Shown here one piece after another: positions 9,217 through 15,748 of a stretch of DNA of 49,294 nt. The position numbers and the translations under genes were made by a program. This stretch comes from a bacterium. Its GTDB lineage: Bacteria; Arandabacterota; Arandabacteria; Arandabacterales; JALGWA01. Location of the stretch: contig JASFEA010000004.1 of NCBI GenBank assembly GCA_050125095.1, positions 1-49,294 of the forward strand. The letters are read 5' to 3'. A model generated the notes under the pieces. That model saw only the letters and a program-made list of their open reading frames with translations, did no database searches and was not told the DNA's origin. How positions within the stretch are numbered: the stretch's first letter is position 1; the number at the start of each line of letters is the position of its first letter.

Positions 9217-9896
9217 CCTGTTGCTCCCCCTATCTCCCTGCGGATGTCGGTCTGCACGTCCTCTTTCGATTTGGTTGCGTCCACGGTGCTGGCGCCGACA
9301 TGCTCTGCGATAATATGGTAAACCGGGCGGCGGGACTCAAGGTATTCAATTGACGGGATGTCGTCCTTGCGCTTCATGCTCTCTTCCGGGGGAAGGTCCA
9401 GAAGCAGAACCTTGTCGGGCCTGGGAAAGAGCCTGAAGAAGACCGAACCCAGCAGGCGCAGGGCCTCGCGGCCCTCGCTACCGAAAGCCGAGTCTATGTC
9501 TATCATGGAGTCATAGACGTACCTGTCGAGTATAACCGTCGTGACATCACGCTTGAGGCGCCCGACCGCTCTCCTGAAACTTATGTAATGGTCGATGAGC
9601 GTCGTGGAGCGCCAGATGCCGCGCAGAAGGGGGTTTCTGAACATCGACTGCTTGGACCGCGTGTACTTGCGGTAAGAATCGGGATCGGCTATCCCCTCTC
9701 CGCGTTTCTCTTCGCGGGGTCCTCCGAGAACTGCCTTGCCGATCCGGATCAGGGGGGCTGTTATATAGGACTCGCCACGCATCCACACCACCTCCGCTCT
9801 CTCGCCCCTGGCGGCGAGCCATTCGGCCAGCATGTTGGCCTGCAGGGTCTTGCCGCTGCCGTCAAGCCCCATAAGCACTATTATCTTACGCTTCAT
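9213..9896 (-). CDS. Thymidylate-kinase-like P-loop protein
   Basis: GLDGSGKT Walker A, ILDRYVYD motif, PRPDKVLLLDLPPE; 4-bp overlaps with both neighbours. Confidence 0.8.
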   Translation of the reverse strand: MKRKIIVLMGLDGSGKTLQANMLAEWLAARGERAEVVWMRGESYITAPLIRIGKAVLGGPREEKRGEGIADPDSYRKYTRSKQSMFRNPLLRGIWRSTTLIDHYISFRRAVGRLKRDVTTVILDRYVYDSMIDIDSAFGSEGREALRLLGSVFFRLFPRPDKVLLLDLPPEESMKRKDDIPSIEYLESRRPVYHIIAEHVGASTVDATKSKEDVQTDIRREIGGATG

Positions 9897-10939
9897 CCGA
9901 TCTCCTGCTCCATAACCTCAAGGATCTCGTCTGCAACGCTGTCCCAGGTGAGGTTCTCAACCATGCTTCTTGTCGACGCCCGCTCAAGACTCATGGCCCG
10001 GGCGAATTTCTCTTTAAACTCTCCCTCTTCTCCGCAGATGAAAAGGCCGTTTCCCTCGGTGAATAGATCCGGGATGCCGCCGAACGCCGTGGTGACGACG
10101 GGTATATCGGTCGCCATGGCCTCCAGGATCGAAAGCGGTATCTCGATGGCTCCCCTGGCGTTCAGGGTCGGAAACAGGTAGCAGTCGGCCAGCCGGTAGA
10201 TCTCTTCTATGTTCTCTATGTACTCGTCTATAACCGCAACCGACTCGCGCCTCAGCCACTCCCGCACCCCGGGGTCCGGCACCGTGCTCGTGCTTGTCAC
10301 GACGGCCAGCCTGGTACCTTTCAGTTCCAGCCTCTTGAGCAGCTTGAGGTTCCGCCGGGCGGATATGTGGCCTATATGAAGCGCGATCTTGCCCTTGCCC
10401 AGGCCGTACTTCTCCCTCAGGCGCTCCTTCTCGCCGGCCGCGGGGGGCCTGAAGACGGCCGTGTCCACGCCCAGCGGAACTCGCTTCGCGCGCACCCCCG
10501 CCTTCTCCATAATGGCCCGGCTCTCTTCGGACAGCACGAGGGCCAGTCTCGGGCGGACAAACGATATGAAGCTCCTGACTATGTCCGAAAAGGTGCGCCT
10601 CTGCAGGGAAAGCACGACCACGGGTTTCCCGCCCGATTGCATCCTGATGAGCTTGGCCCGCGTCATGCTCATGGGCGTCGCCGATGTCTGCGGGATATAG
10701 AGGATCGCGTCGCAATCGACTCGCTTCAAGCGGCTTGAGAATCCGCTCCCCAGCAGCAGCTTGTTACGCGGCAGGGTCTCAACCTCGAAAGGGAGCTTTC
10801 CGTATCTTGACGCAAAGATGGTGGCCCGGAGCCTCACGGCAATGGCTGCCGCTATCTCCGAGGTGGCCTTCTTGAACCCCTCGTCCAGCGGGGAGGATAT
10901 GTCCTCGCTCACTATGGCTATCTTCTCAAGTTTCATCAT
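9893..10939 (-). CDS. Glycosyltransferase family 4 (GT-B)
   Basis: VPLGVDTAVF, YRLADCYLFP, EIPLSILEAMATDIPVVTTAFGGIPD (E-x7-E-like donor-binding region). Confidence 0.88.
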   Translation of the reverse strand: MMKLEKIAIVSEDISSPLDEGFKKATSEIAAAIAVRLRATIFASRYGKLPFEVETLPRNKLLLGSGFSSRLKRVDCDAILYIPQTSATPMSMTRAKLIRMQSGGKPVVVLSLQRRTFSDIVRSFISFVRPRLALVLSEESRAIMEKAGVRAKRVPLGVDTAVFRPPAAGEKERLREKYGLGKGKIALHIGHISARRNLKLLKRLELKGTRLAVVTSTSTVPDPGVREWLRRESVAVIDEYIENIEEIYRLADCYLFPTLNARGAIEIPLSILEAMATDIPVVTTAFGGIPDLFTEGNGLFICGEEGEFKEKFARAMSLERASTRSMVENLTWDSVADEILEVMEQEIG

Positions 10940-10988
10940 GGCTTCGCCCCATTGTATTTGGTGCCCGAGAGCCGGTCAAGCCCCCGTT

Positions 10989-11030
10989 GGGGTCAGGTCT
11001 CTTATTTGGGGTCAGGTCTTGAAATGCACA
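10989..11030 (-). repeat. GGGGTCAGGTCT repeat pair: 12-bp partial copy 10989-11000 and 23-bp copy 11008-11030
   Basis: GGGGTCAGGTCTTGAAATGCACA is the reverse complement (1-2 mismatches) of the copies at 20701, 49010 and 49033. Confidence 0.85.
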
Positions 11031-11036
11031 ATATAC

Positions 11037-11136
11037 CTCCCGGAGTGCCGGGGCCACACATCCTCCGGGATGCCGGGGCCACATGTCCTCCGGAGTGCCG
11101 GGGCCACACATCCTCCGGAGTGCCCGGGCCACATGT
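11037..11136. repeat. Tandem repeat, 4 x 25 bp
   Basis: Units approximately CCTCCGGAGTGCCGGGGCCACA(CAT/TGT) at 11037, 11062, 11087 and 11112, with no spacers. Confidence 0.9.
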
Positions 11137-11196
11137 CCGCGGGGGCGGATAGCAGAGAGCACAATCAACACTCCGGGGCAAGAGGGCAAAGAGTAT

Positions 11197-11226
11197 TTGA
11201 AAATCCTGATAGGGCCATTGTATACT
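11197..11226 (+). promoter_or_regulatory. Putative sigma70 promoter
   Basis: TTGAAA-18 bp-TATACT upstream of ATG 11263. Confidence 0.4.
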
Positions 11227-11262
11227 GCCCCCGAATCAGCCCCTTGGAAAGGACGGCAATAT

Positions 11263-12105
11263 ATGTGGAGGTGTTATGTCGTTGCGCTAATCCTCATGCT
11301 GCTGCTCGCGTTTGCGGGCCCGGCGTCGCTGCTCGCCGGAGAGGGCCCGGACTCGCTGTGGTCGAAGGCCATCTCGCTTTACGAGTCAAATGACAACTGG
11401 GTTCCGGGCAGCGTCTACATGCACATGCAGGAAGTGGACAAGCACGGGCAGCCCAAAGACGAGAGGGGTCATGAAGTATGGACGCGGCTCTATCTCGATG
11501 AGGACGGAGAGGTCGAAGGCGAGCTGGTGAAAGTGCTCGATAACGGGGAGGACATAACAGAAGAGGAGAGGGCCAGGAGAGAAGAGGAAGAAAGAGAAAA
11601 CGAAGATGAAGGCGGTGATGATGACCGCAGCGTCACCATGGAGGGGTACATGCCATTCGATCCGGAGCACCAGGACGGTATGAACTTCCATGCTACCGGC
11701 GATGTGGAGGTTGTGAACGGCAGGCGCTGCGCCGTGTTCGAGTTCGAGGATGAACGGAAGGGTGACGATGAGGACGATGATGACGACGATACGGTCGTGA
11801 CGGGGAAGGTGTGGCTCGAACTGGAAAAGGGCGTGCCCCTGAAGATGGAATATACGACAGATCCCCTTCCCAAACGAGTGAAGAAGATGAATACCACTGT
11901 TGTCTTTGAATTTACAGACCCCGACACATGGCGCCCGGCGAGTATGAGCGTGGAGGCCACCGGCGGCTTCCTCTTTATAAAGAAGCACTTCCATATGCAT
12001 ATGACCTTCGACGACCACTGGCGCATGCCGGAAGAAGGCGAGGTCGTCGAGGGCGATGGGACCGGAACGGTGGAGGATACGGAAGCCGTCCCGGCTCAGG
12101 AGTAG
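11263..12105 (+). CDS. Secreted acidic hypothetical protein
   Basis: ATG 11263 after AAAGGA; Sec signal MWRCYVVALILMLLLAFAGPASLLA; beta-rich with poly-acidic loops. The ORF-track extension to 11083 merely reads through the tandem repeat. Confidence 0.75.
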   Translation: MWRCYVVALILMLLLAFAGPASLLAGEGPDSLWSKAISLYESNDNWVPGSVYMHMQEVDKHGQPKDERGHEVWTRLYLDEDGEVEGELVKVLDNGEDITEEERARREEEERENEDEGGDDDRSVTMEGYMPFDPEHQDGMNFHATGDVEVVNGRRCAVFEFEDERKGDDEDDDDDDTVVTGKVWLELEKGVPLKMEYTTDPLPKRVKKMNTTVVFEFTDPDTWRPASMSVEATGGFLFIKKHFHMHMTFDDHWRMPEEGEVVEGDGTGTVEDTEAVPAQE

Positions 12106-12113
12106 ACTGCGCG

Positions 12114-12839
12114 ATGCCGCGAAAACGAAAGCCGATAGCCCTTGATGCCTACGAGAAGCTGGCGGAGCGATATGCGGCTCTGATCGATGACAAGGTGGAA
12201 AACGCCTGCTTTGAGCGCCCGGCGACACTGTCACTCTTGCCTCATGTGGGCGGGATGAGGGTGCTGGACGCCGGCTGTGGGTCCGGCCGCTATGTCGAAT
12301 GGCTTGTGGAGCGCGGCGCTGAGGTCGTCGGAGTGGATGTGAGCCCGAAAATGCTCCGGCAGGCCCGGAATAGAGTGGGTAAGCGCGCGGAGCTGCATCT
12401 CGCCGACCTGGGGAGACCGCTCACCTTTCTTAAGGACCGGTCGTTCGACCTCGTTCTCGCGCCCCTCGTACTTGACTACGTCGAGGACTGGGCGCCGCTG
12501 TTGTCTGAGTTCAACCGCGTCCTGAAGGGATTCGGCATTCTGGTGTTTTCATGCGGCCACCCATTTTCGGCTCTGGAGCGGCATCCGGATGCCAATTACT
12601 TCGCCACCGGGCTCGTGGAGGATTGCTGGCGCGGCTTCGGGGAGCCCGTAGTCGTCCCCTGCTACAGGCGGCCCGTAGGTGCGATCCTGTCAAGCCTGCT
12701 TGACGCCGGCTTCGCGCTTGAGAGATTCCTCGAGCCGCAGGCCGGGGAAGAGGTAAGGAAGCGGGACCCGGATGCCTTCAAGCGGCGCAGCCGGCTGCCG
12801 TCGTTTATCGCAGTTCGCGCGCGCAAGACCACCCGTTAG
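12114..12839 (+). CDS. Class I SAM-dependent methyltransferase
   Basis: RVLDAGCGSG, GVDVSPKML, SFDLVLA, RVLKGFGILVFS; ATG 12114. Confidence 0.88.
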   Translation: MPRKRKPIALDAYEKLAERYAALIDDKVENACFERPATLSLLPHVGGMRVLDAGCGSGRYVEWLVERGAEVVGVDVSPKMLRQARNRVGKRAELHLADLGRPLTFLKDRSFDLVLAPLVLDYVEDWAPLLSEFNRVLKGFGILVFSCGHPFSALERHPDANYFATGLVEDCWRGFGEPVVVPCYRRPVGAILSSLLDAGFALERFLEPQAGEEVRKRDPDAFKRRSRLPSFIAVRARKTTR

Positions 12840-12849
12840 GGGGACCGAT

Positions 12850-13290
12850 ATGACGTCCAAGGAGAAGTACTGCCTGCTTTGCGAGGAGGTCAGGGAGGAG
12901 TACCGGAAGGAGAGCCTTTACTGGATTGTCGACCTCAGGGTCTCGACCGCATTCGTCGCCCGAAACCAGGTCTGCCGGGGATACGTAGTACTGGTCTACA
13001 ACAGGGCCCATGCGACCGAGCTCTATCACCTCGACCGCGAAGACCGAATAGCTTTCATGGACGACCTTATGGACATCGCATCGGCGATTGACAGGGCCTA
13101 TTCGCCTCACAAAATGAACTACGAGCTCCTCGGGAACCTGGTTCCCCATCTTCACTGGCATGTCATCCCCCGGCGCAAATCGGATCAGATCGACCTCACG
13201 CAGCCTGTGCTCGGCAAAGACTATGCGGAAATGAGGCTTTCCCCCGGGGAGTATGCCGAGATAATCGCCGAGATAAGGGCCTGTCTGTGA
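12850..13290 (+). CDS. HIT family hydrolase
   Basis: GNLVPHLHWHVIPR histidine triad, N-terminal CxxC; ATG 12850 after AGGGGA. Confidence 0.9.
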   Translation: MTSKEKYCLLCEEVREEYRKESLYWIVDLRVSTAFVARNQVCRGYVVLVYNRAHATELYHLDREDRIAFMDDLMDIASAIDRAYSPHKMNYELLGNLVPHLHWHVIPRRKSDQIDLTQPVLGKDYAEMRLSPGEYAEIIAEIRACL

Positions 13291-13330
13291 GTCCGCGCCG
13301 CGCCCGGCCGGGAAGAGCCTATCTTCAGAG

Positions 13331-13358
13331 TTGACAGGTGCCGGGGAGTTGGTATACT
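13331..13358 (+). promoter_or_regulatory. Strong sigma70 promoter
   Basis: TTGACA-16 bp-TATACT with extended -10 TG. Confidence 0.7.
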
Positions 13359-13406
13359 TGGCTTGTATGAGGTGATTGTAACAGTCCCGAAAGGAGGCGT
13401 GATTTA

Positions 13407-13466
13407 ATGACTGCAGGGTATGTGCGCATTCGTGCAGGGTCGCGCCCCGGGATACCTCGCTTCTAG
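13407..13466 (+). CDS. Putative leader peptide MTAGYVRIRAGSRPGIPRF (19 aa)
   Basis: AAGGAGG RBS at 13391-13397, ATG 13407, TAG 13464-13466; 3' end embedded in a hairpin; lies between a promoter and the methyltransferase gene. Confidence 0.55.
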   Translation: MTAGYVRIRAGSRPGIPRF

Positions 13467-13649
13467 TTTTCACACCGAGGTTCCAGGGCGTTCCCGGCGG
13501 GGACGTCTATCCGCTTATCTTCCGACCACGGCCGCGGCCTGAGCACAGTCTGTGCTATACGACGCGGGCTCCGTCAGGACATGCGAGTAATGACAGCCCT
13601 GCTGCCGATAATATGACAGGAGTGAGCTACTTATACGAAAGGCTGGAGA

Positions 13650-14438
13650 ATGAAAATCAGTGCTGAAGAGCTCCGCAATATGCTAGAGACGGAACGGTTC
13701 CCGAAGTCGAATGCCTATGACCCGGTCTGGGTCGCGGAGAACCAGATGGGGCCGAACGCGCTTTGGCTCAGCGAGTGGCTCTGTGAGAAGATGGTTCTTA
13801 AGCCGGGCATGAGGGTGCTCGACATGGGTTGCGGCAGGGCGTTGAGCTCGGTCTTCCTGGCCCGGGAGTATGGAGTCGAAGTGTGGGCCAATGATCTCTG
13901 GATTAAGGCCGGAGACAACTGGGAGCGCGTACGCGCAGCCGGCCTTGAAGACAGGATCTTTCCCATACATGCCGAGGCCCATGCGCTTCCCTACGCAGAG
14001 GACTTTTTCGACGCCATCGTGTCGCTGGACTCGTATCACTACTACGGGACCGACGACCTATACCTGGGCTACATTACGAAGTTCCTTGAGGCAGGCGGGC
14101 AGATAGGAATCGTCGTGCCCGCTCTCATGCGCGACTTAGACGGGGACGTACCCGAGCATCTCACGAGGAAGCGCGGGGACGGAAGCGCGTTCTGGGCCGA
14201 GGACTGCTGGACCTTCCACACACTTGACTGGTGGCGCAGCCTCTGGGGCCGGTCGAGCCTCGTGGATCTGGAGGTCGCGGACATATTGGAGGACGGCTGG
14301 CGCTTCTGGGCTCAGAGCGATAAGGCCTTTGAGGCCGCGGGCACCAACATATTCCCTTCGGAGGCGCCGGTGCTGGAGGAGGACGGGGGGCGCTTCATGG
14401 GATTCGTAAGGCTGGTGGCCCGCAGGACGAACAAATGA
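13650..14438 (+). CDS. SAM-dependent methyltransferase
   Basis: NQMGPNALWL, LKPGMRVLDMGCGRA, LPYAEDFFDAIVSLDSYHY. Confidence 0.88.
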   Translation: MKISAEELRNMLETERFPKSNAYDPVWVAENQMGPNALWLSEWLCEKMVLKPGMRVLDMGCGRALSSVFLAREYGVEVWANDLWIKAGDNWERVRAAGLEDRIFPIHAEAHALPYAEDFFDAIVSLDSYHYYGTDDLYLGYITKFLEAGGQIGIVVPALMRDLDGDVPEHLTRKRGDGSAFWAEDCWTFHTLDWWRSLWGRSSLVDLEVADILEDGWRFWAQSDKAFEAAGTNIFPSEAPVLEEDGGRFMGFVRLVARRTNK

Positions 14439-14483
14439 GACAGGCATGCGAGCGGACTTGAACGGATGAAAGGAGGACGCTAC

Positions 14484-14552
14484 ATGAATGCCGGAACACT
14501 GGCGTTATGCGGAATCGGTATTGAGGCTTACGGAGGCGGCCGCTTGAGGTGA
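14484..14552 (+). CDS. Putative leader peptide MNAGTLALCGIGIEAYGGGRLR (22 aa)
   Basis: AAAGGAGG RBS at 14469-14476, ATG 14484, TGA 14550-14552; ends 67 bp before rsgA. Confidence 0.6.
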   Translation: MNAGTLALCGIGIEAYGGGRLR

Positions 14553-14610
14553 GCGTCCGCACAAAAGGTGATGAACTCCTCCGTGGGCCGGGATTTAACT
14601 CACGAGGAGG
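14525..14610 (+). promoter_or_regulatory. Putative translational attenuator sequestering the rsgA RBS
   Basis: CTCCTCCGTGGG (14576-14587) can pair with CTCACGAGGAG (14599-14609, contains the RBS); overlapping CCTCCGTGGGCC (14578-14589) can instead pair with GGCTTACGGAGG (14525-14536) inside the leader ORF. Confidence 0.6.
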
Positions 14611-14619
14611 ATTGAGATA

Positions 14620-15693
14620 ATGCAGTTATATGCACTGGGGTGGGATTCGGGTTTCGAGGAATCCTTCCGGGAATACAGGTCACAGAATCTCCTGCCTGCC
14701 AGAATAGCGCGCGAGCATAAGAGCCTCTATCTGGTGTACGCGGAGCGTGGAGAGTTCACTGCGAAGGTGAGGGGCAAGCTCCGCTATGAAGCGGGCCTGA
14801 GCGGGGAGATGCCGGCGGTCGGCGACTGGGTTGCCGTCAGGCCGATGGACGGCGAGGCGCGCGCCATCATACACGGCGTGCTGCCCAGAAAAAGCGCCTT
14901 CTTGAGGAAGGTGGCCTGGGTGAAAACCGAAAGCCAGGTGCTCGCGGCCAATATCGACACCGCGTTTCTCGTAATGGGTCTCGCAAGCAACTTCAACCTG
15001 CGGAGGCTCGAGCGCTATCTAACTCTGGCGTGGGAGAGCGGCGCACGGCCGGTAGTGATTCTCAATAAGGCAGACCTCTGTGAAGACGTGGAGGCCAAGA
15101 TAGGCGAGGTCGGGACCATCGCCTTCGATATTCCGACGCACGCGGTCAGCGCCAGGGAGGGTACGGGGCTGGAGGCGATCGAGGAGTATCTCGGCCCGGG
15201 AAAGACAGCGGTGCTGCTGGGCTCATCCGGTGTCGGGAAGTCAACGCTGATCAACCGCCTGCTCGGTATGGAACGCCAGGCGACCGGGGAGGTGCGGGAA
15301 GCGGACGGCCGGGGCAGGCATGTGACCACGTCGCGCGAGCTCGTCATGCTTCCGGGCGGGGGCGTGTTAATCGACACTCCCGGTCTGCGCGAGCTCCAGA
15401 TGTGGGCCGATGAGGACAGTGTTAAAGGCTCCTTTGAGGATATAGAAGCCCTCGCGGGAGGATGCCGTTTCAGAGACTGCACTCATGAAAGCGAGCCCGG
15501 CTGCGCGGTCAAGCAGGCCATCGAGAGCGGAGACCTTGATGATAAGCGCTTCTCCAGCTACAAGAAAATCAAGCGCGAGCTCAATATGCTCGCTGTCCGC
15601 AAGGACCAGAGAGCCAGGCTCGACCAGAAGAACAAGCAGAAGCAGCTCGCCAAGCGCATCAGGCAGATGCAGAGATTCAGGCGAAAGCGATAG
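14620..15693 (+). CDS. rsgA: Ribosome small subunit-dependent GTPase A
   Basis: PAVGDWV OB fold; circularly permuted G4 NKAD, G1 GSSGVGKS, GRHVTT, G3 DTPG; zinc finger CRFRDCTHESEPGC. Confidence 0.95.
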   Translation: MQLYALGWDSGFEESFREYRSQNLLPARIAREHKSLYLVYAERGEFTAKVRGKLRYEAGLSGEMPAVGDWVAVRPMDGEARAIIHGVLPRKSAFLRKVAWVKTESQVLAANIDTAFLVMGLASNFNLRRLERYLTLAWESGARPVVILNKADLCEDVEAKIGEVGTIAFDIPTHAVSAREGTGLEAIEEYLGPGKTAVLLGSSGVGKSTLINRLLGMERQATGEVREADGRGRHVTTSRELVMLPGGGVLIDTPGLRELQMWADEDSVKGSFEDIEALAGGCRFRDCTHESEPGCAVKQAIESGDLDDKRFSSYKKIKRELNMLAVRKDQRARLDQKNKQKQLAKRIRQMQRFRRKR

Positions 15694-15748
15694 CCAATAT
15701 GTTGACGAGGTTGTAAAATGATGTCGCCTGCCGGCAGAAGGGTTTGCC

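Noticed and set aside
11037-11136. Possible CRISPR array (25-bp units)
   Set aside because: Units are contiguous with no unique spacers, and there are no cas genes in the window
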